This document shows, piece by piece, positions 1-12,990 of a stretch of DNA of 48,265 nucleotides. The translations under genes and the position numbers were made by a program. Positions within the stretch are counted from its first letter, which is position 1, and every line of letters begins with the position of its first letter. The stretch is from Perkinsela sp. CCAP 1560/9 (lineage: Eukaryota; Protista; Euglenozoa: Kinetoplastea), in the NCBI GenBank assembly GCA_965644495.1, contig CBFFSA010000060.1, positions 1-48,265 of the forward strand, in the 5' to 3' direction. Under the pieces are notes generated by a model that was not told where the DNA came from, made no database searches, and saw only the letters and a program-made list of their open reading frames with translations.

Positions 1-2688
1 TCAAGCACAATCAAGCCAACTGGCATATCAAAGAGAATCCGGAGATGCCGGGGATTGAGATGGCGGTTGGAGTGTTTAGTCGGTTGTTGTTTGGTGAACA
101 TACCGCACCCAATGAGGTGTTTTCGTTTTTTGATGCCAAAGATGTTGCCTATCCGGTACTCATCTCACAGACGGTGCCTGGAGAGAACTTACAAACGGCG
201 TTGAATCAGCCTAAGAAAGCACAGGTTAACGCCGTATTACGCCAGTTACATCCGCAGTACACTTGCGAGCAAATCCTGTTGGCGATGTTAGTGCACCCTG
301 AAGATGGTAAGCCGGATAACTATCAACTGTTACCGGTGATAACAACACGGCCGGATGGCCAATCTGTCACGCGTTATCGCATTGTGGGGATTGACAATGA
401 CCATGCGTTTTGTCAAACCAGTGATGATGGAAAAAGGGCATCGGACGTTGCAAGTCAAATGTGTGTTATTTTGTTTGGATACTATGCGACGGCCAGTCCA
501 TCCAGCCGTGCGGCAGCGCTTACTTCATTTGAACCCAGTCGCATTTTTAGAAAGCTGGTTAGAGCAGTTAATGGCCTATCATGAACGCTCAATGAGTTTA
601 TTTGATAAGAAAGCGCGTCACCGGTTATTTAAAGTGAAAGTTGATTTGAAACAGTTAGCCCGCAAGGTGGCCCTGCGCGAAGTGCGTGAGCGTTTGCCGG
701 TGGTGGTGACGGTTCCATTTCGCGATGGGGCGATAACCGAGATGTGGGACAGGTTGGTGCGGTTACAGCAAGCGTTGCATGACAATCCGATGATAACCCA
801 TTTGCAATTATTAAAAGAAATCACCCCGAGCTTAGGCGTTGTGTATGAAGAAGCGTTTGAGGTGCATGAAGAGTCGGAGGAAGTGGCTGCGCGGTTTTCA
901 TGAGGTAGCTAACACCCATTACTCCACCGCGATAGCCGGGCGCTATGCGACTTTGACCACCAGTCGTCAAGCACTACAAGCGGCGGGGTTCTCAGACAAA
1001 GAGCAAAAGGCGTTGTTAGAAGACGGCGATAAGGGAGTGAGTTTTACCCCAAGGCATGCGTTGATGCAGTTGAGCCAAGGGGTGGAGCAGAAGGCGAAGT
1101 TAGCCTCTTATGTAAGCGCGTTAGCGGATGGGAACACCTCGGTGTTTCAAGCCATATTATCGGAGCAGGTCAAGGAAGACGTGGTGAATCGTTTGGACTT
1201 TAGGCAGATGATGGTAGCGGGCAGCAAGCAGGCGGATGAGGCAAAACAAAAGGCGATATTGAACTGATTGTCAATGAGCAAATTGGGTTTCACACATTGA
1301 CGATTCGTCACTGTGCGGCATTGACGGATGAGACTCTCGCAGCGTTACTGAAAAATGCACCGGAGCTCAGTCGGTTAACGTTGATAGATTGCCCGCAAGT
1401 GAGCGATAAATTGGGTAAGACAATTGAAAAGTACACATCGCACTTGACGACATTGACACTAAGGCAATTACCCAAACTTGAGGGCTTGGGTAATAGAGTG
1501 GTCGCAGGGCTGGTAAATCGAGTCGTCAGTTATGACCCGATTAATCTGCCACACCTGCGGCGAGTGAATGTCAGTGACAATCTTCAGTTAAGTGCCCTTG
1601 CTATTCAATCACGAGCGTTGACGTTGGCGACAATCAAGCACAGTCCGGTATTGACCGAATTGACGTTGTTCTGTGAAGGACTGAAAGCATTGGATGTGAG
1701 TGAGTGTGCGCAATTGAGTGATAATGGTTTACACAAAGCGTTGCAGTTTTATCAAGTGCTGCCGAGACTGAATGTAGATAACTGCCCGGCGATACGCGTA
1801 GAGCTATGGCATTGTATGGAACATGTCAGCCAACAGGCGGTATCAAGCTTTCCAAAGTGGAATATGAAAGTCTGGCAGCAATCGGTGTTGTCATTGTTGC
1901 CATATGCATCAGATGCAGTGGTACAATTAGACATAACAGCAATCGAACCGAATCAAGTAGCCTTAGTTATGGGATTGGTGGCGTTTAATCCTGATGCGCA
2001 CACAGTATTAGTGACCTTGTCACCAAAGAACATCGCCACCTCACTGATGCCACTGCTAACCCTATTACAAAGCAATCACAACATGGCCGCACTGTGCATC
2101 ACTGGAGCATCGTTGGATACTGTGATGACTGAACAAGTGATAATGGCTGTTGCGCGTTGCGCAAATGTCCGTATGGTGGCACTGACAGTTGATAATAGCC
2201 AATTAGCAATTGCGCAGTTGCAACAGGTGACGCAGTTAACGCAAGTGATGGTAAATGGAGTGAACATGACATCACCGTTGCAAGCAGGTAGTGCTACAAA
2301 CATAGCGGCTATTCCTAATGATGTGAGAGGACAGCAAGCGATGATGGTGGATGTATTGGCGTTAGTGATGCAGCATGAATCATTACTGATACGTCAATCA
2401 GCAGCCAATACATTAGCTTTAATGAGTGCGGCTGGGAAATTGTCCGAATGCAAACAGCAAGTCGCTGCCTTGCTATCCAATGAGAGTCCAACGCCGTTAA
2501 CGACACAACAAGCTGAACCAGTGATACTATCTTCTGTTTCCGTAGTGAGCAGTTCATTGTCAGCCGGTTTAATCAGTCAGTTTGGGGCAATTGCTCGCAA
2601 GAAAGAAGAAGCAAGTAATAGTGATAATGATGAGTCAGCAACTGTAGTGGCTGAACCTTTGAGGCAAATAGAAATGGGGCTTGGGTAA
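1..2688 (+). CDS. Large frameshifted effector-like protein: N-terminal PI3/PI4-kinase-like domain, cysteine-containing leucine-rich repeats and a Ser-rich tail (5' end lies outside the window)
   Basis: ORFs 45-584, 355-903, 839-1267 and 1297-2688 follow one another as a single frameshifted gene. The motifs PEDGKPDNY and IVGIDNDHAF resemble the PI-kinase catalytic-loop and Mg-binding motifs. LRR units include LTLIDCPQVSD, LDVSECAQLSD and LNVDNCPAI. Confidence 0.6.
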
Positions 2689-2799
2689 TGCTGCAAAGAG
2701 ATTTACCCTCAGCGGTCAGTTTTGTTCCTGACACCGCTATGCATAGACCAGCTCCAACTAGTACGGGGTCAAAACACTACAATATCGCGCACTTAACTA

Positions 2800-2833
2800 C
2801 CCCGCACTTCGTTTGCTAAAGTGCGGGGTTTTT
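2800..2833 (+). terminator. Rho-independent terminator
   Basis: Stem-loop CCCCGCACTT-cgtttgcta-AAGTGCGGGG followed by TTTTT, downstream of the LRR ORF and convergent with the tRNA. Confidence 0.65.
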
Positions 2834-2981
2834 AGAGGATTGGCGATTTTTAGGGCACAAAATTAGGAAAAATCGCCAAAAATTGGCAACTTGAGGTCAA
2901 CGAATCGCCCCCAAAAGCCTTTGTATTACTAAGCACTTTTTCAATCGAGATTTTGTTGTAGAAAGGTTAGCGAAAAGTGAC

Positions 2982-3071
2982 TGGCGGAGAGGGCGGGATT
3001 CGAACCCGCGATACGGGGATACCGTATACACACTTTCCAGCGTGCTCCTTAAGCCACTCGGACACCTCTCC
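2982..3071 (-). tRNA. Bacterial tRNA-Ser(GGA) with encoded CCA; one C is missing at the anticodon stem/loop
   Basis: Reverse complement is GGAGAGGTGTCCGAGTGGCTTAAGGAGCACGC-TGGAAAGTGTGTATACGGTATCCCCGTATCGCGGGTTCGAATCCCGCCCTCTCCGCCA. It has a long variable arm and T-loop GTTCGAATC. Confidence 0.93.
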
Positions 3072-3127
3072 TATAATAAGCGAAGCAAGCGTAAACGAGA
3101 ATGAAGTAAGGCGCAAGATAAGGATGA

Positions 3128-4259
3128 TCAGCTGCTAAATAAATGAATAAGTAGGCGTTCGTAAATATTAGTTAGTTGGATCAAGTCATCGACACGTACA
3201 CATTCGTTGACTTGATGAATGGTGCTATTGCATGGGCCTAATTCGACAACTTCAGTGTGATCAGATGCGATAAAGCGTCCGTCTGATGTGCCACCGTCTG
3301 TCGCAGATCGCGGTGATGTGCCGATGACATCAACAATGGCATTATTAACACATTGCCGCAATGTTCCTGATTTAGTATAAAACGATGGACTGGGGATTGC
3401 CAATCGATACTAAAATCTAATTGATGGCGTTTTAAATACCTCTATAATACGTTGTTGCAAATTATCAGCAGTGCTGTCTGGGCAATGACGTAAATTAAAA
3501 TTAACCTGTAATTCACCCGGGATCACATTGGTTGCGCCAGTGCCTGCGTGAGTGTTGGCAATTTGAAATGTTGTTGGTGGAAAGTCAGCATTGCCGTCAT
3601 CCCAATGTAGTTGAGTTAACTCCAGTAATGCAGGCAATGCATTGTGAATTGGATTACTAGCAAGGGTAGGGGTAGGCAACATGGCCTTGTTTACCGTGCA
3701 CTGTTACGGATCCGGTTAATGAACCACGTCGACCTATTTTAATCGTATCGCCGACGGTATGCTGGCTAGAGGGTTCGCCTACTAAACAATAATCAATCTG
3801 TTCGCCGCGCGCGGTTAATGTTTCCATGACTTTTGCTGTGCCATTAATAGCAGCACCTTCTTCATCACTTGTGATCAAAAAACCAATGCTACCGTTAAGG
3901 GTGGGTTGTTTTGTTAAAAATTGCGAACAGGCAGCGATCATCGCTGCCAAACTGCCTTTCATGTCTGCTGCACCACGACCATATAAATAACCGTCACGAA
4001 TTGTTGGGGTAAATGGGTCGGATTGCCAAGCAGACACATCACCAGGTGGTACCACATCAGTGTGTCCAGCAAATACAAATAAGGGTGCACGATCACCAAT
4101 ACGTGCCCATAGATTGCTAACATCTTTAAATGGTAATTGTTCTGTGTGAAATCCCAATTGCGTTAACTGTTCGGAAAGATAGGTTTGACAGCCAGCATCA
4201 TCTGGCGTAACAGAAGGGCGACTAATCAGTGCATTGGCAATCTCAACAACGGTTTGCAT
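3128..4259 (-). CDS. dapE: Succinyl-diaminopimelate desuccinylase (frameshifted into 3 ORFs)
   Basis: M20 peptidase/DapE motifs: [56 protein letters not shown]. Confidence 0.95.
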
Positions 4260-4266
4260 TACTTAA

Positions 4267-5096
4267 TTAGTCCATGTCATCACGTAATAATTCATTAAGA
4301 CTAACTTTACTGCGGGTTTTTTCATCCACTTGTTTGACGATGACGACGCAATAAATACTATGAGTGCCGTCTTTTGCCGGTAAGTTCCCAGGCACAACCA
4401 CTGAGCCAGCTGGGATCCGACCATAACTGATTTCCCAGTTTGGCGATGATAAATACGCGTGCTTTGCCCTAAGAAAACACCCATTGAAATCACTGAGCCT
4501 CGCTCAACGATCACGCCTTCAACAATTTCAGAGCGTGCACCAATAAAACAATCATCTTCAATAATGGTTGGCGTTGCTTGCAGTGGTTCTAAGATCCCGC
4601 CAATACCTGCACCGCCGGATAAATGCACATTTTTACAATTTGCGCACAGGATCCGACCGATGCCCAGGTATCAACTAAACAACCACTATCGATATAAGCC
4701 CCAATGTTAACAAACGATGGCATCAGTACAGTGTTAGCAGCAACATAACTGCCATAGCGTACGTTACCAGGTGGTACCACACGTACACCGGTTTGTTTAA
4801 ATTGTTCGCTAGTATAATTAGCAAATTTTAAAGGCACTTTATCAAACGCAGCAGCTACACCGGTATTTAGCACCGTATTATCTTGAGTGCGAAATGATAG
4901 TAACACCGCCTTTTTTATCCATTCATGTGTTACCCAGTGTCCATTTTTGTTTTTCAGCCACCCTGATCTCACCGCTATCTAACATGCTTAATACTTCTTG
5001 AATAGCCTGTTTATCGTTAGTACTCGCTGTGTTTACAGTTAAATTGGCGCGTTGCTCAAATAGTTTATCAATGTTTATTTGCAATGTTTCAGACAT
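4267..5096 (-). CDS. dapD: Tetrahydrodipicolinate N-succinyltransferase (frameshifted)
   Basis: Motifs [59 protein letters not shown]. Start ATG at 5096; adjacent to dapE. Confidence 0.95.
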
Positions 5097-5166
5097 CAGT
5101 TAACTCCAAGTTGTTTGCAATGTTATAAGGGGTTAGTAGCCTGTTAGTTTGTTAACGATTGATTAT

Positions 5167-8100
5167 CTAATTCATCTGGATCAACAAACACGTCTTCTTC
5201 GTGTTTTTGGCCAACATAGTATACACCACAGGCACTACGAATAGTGAGAATAAGGTGCCAAACGACATCCCACCAACGATCACAAAGCCAATTTGGTGAC
5301 GTGCATTAGCACCGGCGCCGGAAGCAAGTGCCAATGGTACTGCCCCTAATACCATCGCAGCAGTTGTCATTAAAATAGGGCGCAAGCGTAAAAGAAGCTG
5401 ACTCAAGTACGGCTTCTCGAATACTTAATCCTTTCATTTGTAATTGATTGGCAAATTCAACGATTAAAATACCGTGCTTACTGATAAGACCAATTAAGGT
5501 AATTAATCCAATCTTGCTGTAAATATTTAATGAATTACCTGGAATGATTTTTAATACGTATAACGCACCAGCAACTGATAATAATACGGTTGACATCACA
5601 ATCAACGGATCGCGATAACTTTCAAATTGTGCAGATAATACTAAAAAGATAAATAATACGGCAAATAACATGGCTTGTTGCATTGCATCAGAGGCTTGTA
5701 CTGTTTGTCTAGACTGATTAGCATAATCGATATGTATTTAGAAGGCAGGATTTTTTCAGCCGCAGCATTTAGAAATTCAACGCTTGTCCTTGAGTATAGT
5801 TAGAGGCAATGAGGCATTTAAGGTGGCCGATGGCATTTGCTGAAAATGGTTGATACTTTGTGGTACGGTTTGTGGGATGATAGTCACTAAATTAGATAAG
5901 GGCACTACATCACCATTTTGCGTGTTGACATAATAATTTTTAATATTACCTGGCTCATTTTTATATAAAAAGTTATCAGTTAATTCAGGGATGGCATAAT
6001 AACTACGATTACGCATGTCAAATAAGATAGTTTGTGGCTCACCCATTTAAGTAAGATAGGGTGTTTGCAATGTCAGCCATGCTGACGCCTAATATCCCAG
6101 CGCGATCTCGATTAATATCAACCAATAATTGCGGTGAGTCGATCAATAAGTCAGTGGTGGCACTACGAAAGCCTGGGTTTTTATTTGCTTCGCTAATTAA
6201 TTGCTGCATGTAATTATTTAATTCGTTAATACCCACATCACCGTTTAATACGAACGATACTGGGGCACCACCACCAGTACTTGGCAAAGAAGGTGGCGGG
6301 AAGGCTTGTACAATTAACCCAGGGTTAGCTTTTAATGCGGGATTAATGCTATGTAAAATTTCCATGAACTGCGTTTGCGTTGTGACCAGGGTACAAAACT
6401 AATGAATGAAAAACCGAAATTAGTGCCACCAAAGCCAGCAAAAATCCCATAGTGTTTGCGTTCTGGAACGGTATCATAGACTTTCTGAATTTCATCAGAA
6501 TATTTATTCATGTATTGAATGTTAGCAGCAGTTGGCCCGATTAATTGGGCAATATAATACGCCTTGATCTTCTACGGGTGCTAAATCTTCTGGTAATGAG
6601 GTATATAAAAAATAACAGGATAGATAAACCAGTGCGCCTAATAAAATAATCCACTGACGTTTTGTCGATAACACGGCTTAATAACTGTTTATAAGATTGC
6701 ATTAAATTGCTAAAGATGGCATCTATTTTATGTGCAAAACCAGTTTGACTGATCCCACCTGCCATAAATCTGGCACACATCATCGGTGACAAGGTTAAGG
6801 CAATAAAACCAGAGACAACGACTGCGCCAGCTAAGGTAAATGAGAATTCACGGAACATGGTGCCCACCATCCCGCTGGTAAACCCAATCGGTATATATAC
6901 TGCTGCCAGCGTGAACGTCATCGCAATGATCGCAAAACGAATTTCACGTGCACCTTTAATCGCAGCTTGTAACGGTGGCAATGCCTTCTTCAATGTGTCG
7001 GTGAATATTTTCTAACACGACAATGGCATCATCAACGACTAATCCAATTGCCAGTACCCACGCCAATAACGTTAATGTATTTACTGAATAACCCATTGCA
7101 TACATGTAACCGCATACACCGATTAACGATAAGGGAATAGTGACAATGGGCACGAAGAAAGTGCGTAAGTCACCAATAAATAAGAAAATGACTAAGATAA
7201 CCAGTCCAGTGGCTTCAAAAAATGGTTTTATACACTTCACGAATTGAATCTTTAATGAATTCAGATGAATCATAAAGCAACTGCATTTTCATCCCATCTG
7301 GCATACTCGATTCAAGTTCTGGCATTAATGCGCGAATGCCACGAGACACTGCCAATGGATTAGCCGTTGACTTAGGGATGATCCCAATCACCGTGTTGTC
7401 TTTACCGTCAATATTAGAAAAACTATCGTATTGTTGTGCACCTAATTCTGCATTACCTACATCACGTAGGCGAATTAAATGACTGCCATCATTTTTGATA
7501 ACTAGGTTGTTAAATTCTTCTGCTGTATTTTAAATCGGTGGCAGCAATTACATTGAATTGTTGTGCGTGTGTTTTTAATTGGCCAGCGGCGGCTTGCAAG
7601 TTGTTGGCTTTCAGTGCTTTATACACATCATTGGCGGTTAAATTGCGCGCTGCCATCTTTTGAGGATCCAGGTTAATCCGCATTGCATAGACACGTTCAC
7701 CAAACACCGTTGCCTGACCAACCCCATCGATAATTTGCATTTGTGGTTGTACTACTCGGATTAAATAATCAGTCACCGCTTCTTGGGACATGCTAGGATT
7801 GCTAAAAGCAATGTACATGGTAGGTTTTGCCGATGGATCCAGTTTAGAGACAACTGGATCTTGAATCTCTTGTGGCAATTGCCAACGTACCGATGAAATC
7901 TGATTCATAACATCGGTAATCGCGACGTTAATGTCGTAATCTTGTTTTAGGTAAATTGTAATGGTAGATGCACTATAACTGCTCGACGATATCATGTAGT
8001 CGATACCATCGACGCTACTGATTGCACTTTCTAGTGGTGTCGTGACAAACCCTTCCATCAATGCAGCACTAGCGCCATTGTAAGCAACGTAAACTTGGAT

Positions 8101-8233
8101 GGTGGAGACTTCAATTTGTGGATATTGGCGCACAGTCATATTGCTAAATGACACTAAGCCAATTAGCACTAGAATTAAGCTTAACACGGTTGCAAACACC
8201 GGTCGGCGAATAAATGTATCAGTAAAACTGCAT
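5167..8233 (-). CDS. RND efflux transporter permease, AcrB/AcrD/AcrF family (several frameshifts)
   Basis: Motifs FIRRPVFA, LAIGLVVDDAIVVLENI, MFREFSFTLAGAV, LSAQFES, GILIVEFA and RLRPILMTT, spread over 7 fragment ORFs. Confidence 0.92.
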
Positions 8234-8254
8234 CAGGTTATTTCACTTAACAAA

Positions 8255-9333
8255 TCACGATTGCTTGGATGATGTTGTTTGACTATCTGTTATGCTTGGC
8301 TTAACAGCAACACCATCAGATAATTTATTTTGTCCGCTAGTCACCACAATATCATTGGCTTTAATTCCAGTCACACTGACTGATTCTCCTTGGGTTTGGG
8401 TGAATTTTACATCGGTTTTTACTGCTTTGTTATTAACGACTGTATAAACAAAATCACTAACATTATTATATATGAGTGCTTGTTGTGGGATCACAATAAC
8501 TGGCTGTGGTTCACCGACATATAAGGTCACATTAACAAAACTGCCTGGAACTAAACTGTGATCATCATTGGGAATACTTGCCCATACACCAATACTGCGA
8601 GTGTTGAGATCAAGTGCAGAGTCAGTTGCATAGACATTTCCACTAAATGTTCTGCCGGGATAGGTATCTGATGTCATTGTGACTTTTTGCCCAATTTGAA
8701 TGAGAGGGATATACCGTTGTGGTACAGTAAATTCAACCCGCATTGGATCGATCGATTCTAAATTCACAATCGGGTCACCCTTATCTAAGAATTGCCCTAA
8801 ATCAATTTGACGCAATCCTAATTGGCCCGAGAAGGGCGCTAAAATTAATTTTAATTCAAGTTCAGCTTGAGCTTTCTCTGCTTCGGCACGGGCTTGATCT
8901 AAGTTTGCTTTTTGAGTATCAACATCTTGCTTTGATCCAACGTTTTTATTATATAGATCCAACATGCGTTGATAATTAGCTTTATCCAACGGAATTTGTG
9001 ACAATGCGCTAGCTAAATTAGCCCGTTCAATACTGTTATCCAGCTGTACTAATGGCGCATTTTGTTCGACATAATCGCCCGATTTGAAAAAGATTTTGGT
9101 GACAATACCATCGGTCTCCGGGCTGACAACCACACCTTGATTGGCTGACAAGCTGCCGGTGGCTTCAATTTTTTTGTTGCCAATCATCAGACACGGCTTT
9201 AGTAGCTTCGACAACTTGTGGACCGGTCATAGGCTGGCGTTTGGGTGGGAATACGATCATCTTAACTGACCAGGCAATCAAGAGAACTAATAATATACCG
9301 CCGATGAGTTGAAAAAAGACGCTTTTTAATCAT
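8255..9333 (-). CDS. RND periplasmic adaptor / membrane fusion protein (AcrA family)
   Basis: Lipoyl-like motifs (GIVTKIFFKSGDYV, ILAPFSG), a coiled coil and VIVIPQQAL. ATG at 9333 is followed by an N-terminal hydrophobic segment. Lies directly upstream of the RND permease. Confidence 0.9.
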
Positions 9334-9672
9334 TATATGTTCCCTTTTTGTCTTGCAGATGTTTAACATGGTAATGCTGGGCTGCACTTAATAGCCAGTT
9401 GATTGGCTAACTCATGACATCTGTAAGATAAACCATCCTGATATCAGTTGTCTCGATTTTACTGTATTTAATAGAATATGGCTAACACTTATGTTCACTT
9501 TTTAAAGCGTGGCTTTGTTTTGGATAAGGAATAAATAGATTGCCTAGAAAATTAGCGCCATAAATGGCTTATAAAAACATCAAAATCAAATAAATATAAT
9601 CATTACTTCAAGTAATAATTTGAGCCAGAGCGAATGTTAAGCTAAATGTTAATGTCAATTATATATTTGCTG

Positions 9673-11334
9673 CTATTCATAAAGCTGGAGCTGATGATTC
9701 CAGTGCTGGCTGTGGTTCTCGGAAAGCGCCATTTTCAAATTCCCGCGACCACGATGTACCAGACAGATAATGATTACCAGTGAATGCCAAATAGATAACT
9801 GGCTTGTCTTGAGGAACATCTTCTGGGTCCATGGAAGTGACTTTGTTATGATGTATCGGGAAGAAAGCACGAAAACCATCATCAGGTGTTCGCGTGTCGA
9901 TGATCGCAACAACTGTGTTTAAATTGTTTGGTAAACTCTAATATTTGATTTAACTCTGCCCATTCTTGATCTTGAGAATGTGGCGCAATTTGTTGACGCA
10001 ACTGTGTATGATCTATTTGCTTCAAATCAGGATGGTGACGTAACCGCATTTGTTTAATAACAGCTTCATACCAGCAATTACCATCATCAGTAACATCTTC
10101 TAATTCAAGGTCTTTGATTTTTTTTGGTCCAACATTATCAGGCTTATCGTCTAATGAATATTGTTTAGCAAGTGCTACTTGTTCTTCTCCTGTCCATGTG
10201 GCTGCAGATTGCCAAAGGCTCATGCTAAATTCAGAAAGTTGTGGGGATGTTTGGCTACTAGAAGAAGAGCTAGAAGAACTGGAAGAAGAGAATGATATTC
10301 GTTGCTGAGCATGAACAACTTTACCAGAGCCTTTTTTTGCCATGCCAGTTTGTTTAGACTTTAAAAAAGAAGGAGCTAAAATAGCTTTTTCATCTAATTC
10401 CTGTAATGCTAACGTATAGTTTGCGAGTGCTTCTGCAACACTATTTATGTTTTTATAATACTGATGCCCAGTTTTATTTCGAATTGAACGATATGCTGGG
10501 AATAAAATATCTTTTGTTTGTTGAAATAACAAATATAATCCTTGTAGTTGTCGCAAATGATCAAATTTATGTAGTAAGTTTATCCATATTGTTTGAATTG
10601 AGTCTGTTTTTATTTGTTGTTGAGACTGATTTGCCAGTAATAATTGATTGTGTAATATCAACAGAGCTGTAGGCAATTGCTTAACGTAAAATACCTTGCT
10701 GAATATCGTGTGCATATTCTCTTTTTGTTATTATCATTTCATCGAATGATTGTTTAGTTTTTTGATTACCAGAAATACTATCAATTTTGGATTGAGTAGC
10801 TGACACGCATTCGTTAATAAGTTCCTTAATCTCAAAACGTTCACCTTTAGCTTCACCTTGATCTAATTTAGTAAATTTTTCTGCAATGCCTTGTGCAAAA
10901 ATATCTAGAAATTGCTGGTATGCATCAGGATCCTTAAATGTACCGGAACGTGAGTCTGGTAAATTGTCAGGGTCAATAATATTAAACCAGTCGGGAATGG
11001 TTCACGTTTTATTTCTTTATACAAGTGGCATTGTATTAGTATGTCTAATACATTATTTATTCGAATAGATGGATTTAAAAATTTTACTAATGGATGAGAA
11101 GCATTAGAACGATATTCTTTCTCATATGTACGTAGTTCTCTTAAAGTATTAATTAATTGTTCTTTAGCTTCTTTATAGGTTAATAGACGTCTAGTTTGAG
11201 AATTATCTTTTTGATTTCTCTCTGAATGGGCGTTAGTAGGCCTTTCTCTACTAGTTGAGCTATTGAGATTTGCGGGATTACCTCTAAGATTTCTCTGATT
11301 TTGTTGTGTTGTTCTTGCTTTTGGCTCTTTAGCT
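9673..11334 (-). pseudogene. Effector-like protein with C-terminal OTU deubiquitinase domain; frameshifted and cut at its 5' end by IS3
   Basis: OTU motifs VTDDGNCWYEAV (catalytic Cys), WAELNQI and IYLAFTGNHY (catalytic His, in another frame at ~9765-9805), preceded by a poly-Ser linker. The 5'-most segment is open right up to the IS boundary. Confidence 0.7.
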
Positions 11335-12258
11335 TGGTAACCCTCCCATAAAATAGACCTGTTTATAAGTAGAATATTCTGATAATTTATTACTCATCAG
11401 GAGATTTTGCGATGAAGAAAAGTAAATTGAGCACGACCCAAATAGTAACGATGTTGTCGGAAGGAGAAGCGGGATTATCGGCAGGGGATTTATGCCGCAA
11501 ATATCAGATTTCGTCTGCGACCTATTATAAGTTAAGAAGTCAATATGCGGGTATGAGTGTGTCCTGAGCTAAAACGCTTAAAGGAACTAGAGGCAGAGAA
11601 TCAGCGATTAAAAGCGATGTATGCTGATATTAGCTTGGAACATAAGATATTAAAAGAGGTACTTGAAAAAAAGTATCCAGAGCTGCTAGACGAGAATTAG
11701 TCAGTGCAATTTGCCAGAGATATTCATTGAGTATTAATCGCAGTTGCCAACTGATGTCTATCAGCAAGACAGGGTATTACTACAAGAGCAAGAAGCATAC
11801 ATCAGATGGAGAAATATTATCTTATTTGCTTAATTTAACAGACAAGTATACACGTTGGGGATTTGACAAGATGATGTTGAAAGTTAAACAAGAGCAAAGA
11901 GGTTTGGAACCATAAACGTGTTTATCGAGTTTACCGTGAACATGGGTTAAATATTAGGATAAAGCCTCGTAAACGATTAGCCAAAGGAGAAGCAAAGATG
12001 TTGTTGCAACCTATTGCCAGGAATATCTGTTTGGTCGATTGATTTTATGTCAGATGCATTAGCATGTGGCACTAAGTTTAGAACGTTTAATGTTATTGAT
12101 GATTATAACCGTGAATGTTTGCTGATTGAGGCAAGTTATTCTTTTTCCAGCCAAGCGAGTAACGCAATTGCTTGACCAAGTTGCCATAACCCAAGGTTAT
12201 CCAACAATGATACGTGTTGACCACGGGCCAGAATTTGAGTCTTATCATTTCAAGGAGT
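11335..12258 (+). mobile_element. IS3-family insertion sequence, 3'-truncated (orfA 11412-11700, A7G frameshift site 11666-11673, partial orfB)
   Basis: Starts with TG. orfA reads MKKSKLSTTQIV...YYKLRSQYAGM...LEAENQRLK. orfB reads DFMSD...RTFNVIDDYNRECL...IRVDHGPEF and stops before the catalytic Glu and right IR. Confidence 0.9.
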
Positions 12259-12565
12259 AGTTCATGGTACGTTTCACTCAATTTTTTTTTGTGAAATGAG
12301 TGACTAAATGAAACTTTTCTTCAATGGCGTGTTTTTTTAGCAAACAGTAAGAATTGGCAAAGTTTGGTAAAAAAGTGAACATATGTTGCGGCAACATATG
12401 TTGTGTCAACAAAAGTCGTGTTAATCCCAGAAATTAACATGACTTTTGTTGAACTTAATTTCCCCCCTGTATGCCCCCCATGGACCCCCCATGGACCCTC
12501 AACAAAAAAATCTCCACAAATATTTGTGCAACAAAAATTTGTGAATTTATTATTGTGCAACAATT

Positions 12566-12940
12566 TCAAAAGTGGCACAATAAAAAATTCACAAATTTTT
12601 GCGAAAGCTTTATCTGTTTTCTCTTCTTTTTCCCCTTTAAGTAAACGCTCGATGCACGCTTTTCTTCTTCCGTAGTGCTAAAACACACGTGCGCCAGTCC
12701 CTTTTTTGATACGATTGTTATGCAATTGATTTCACCATAAGAAGCGTAATGCTTGGTAAGGTCTTCTTTAGTCGTAGAGGAGGGAAGGTGTTCTATTGTG
12801 ATTGAGCGCTCGTCATACTCTTCGCGCGCAGAGCGCACAACGTGCAGTGATTCTAAGTAATCATCTCTTTTGCGCTTTGTATCTCTTTCCTTGTCGGAAA
12901 TGTCGTTACCATTGGTTGATTGATTCTCCGCCGAGGCCAT
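12566..12940 (-). CDS. Small RRM (RNA recognition motif) protein, copy 1
   Basis: RNP2-like SITIEHLP and RNP1-like KGLAHVCF. Nearly identical to the ORF at 42824-43166. Confidence 0.65.
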   Translation of the reverse strand: MASAENQSTNGNDISDKERDTKRKRDDYLESLHVVRSAREEYDERSITIEHLPSSTTKEDLTKHYASYGEINCITIVSKKGLAHVCFSTTEEEKRASSVYLKGKKKRKQIKLSQKFVNFLLCHF

Positions 12941-12990
12941 AGTAAATTCAAGAAAGTTTTCAAAAAAATCACTCTAAGTCTAGAAACATT

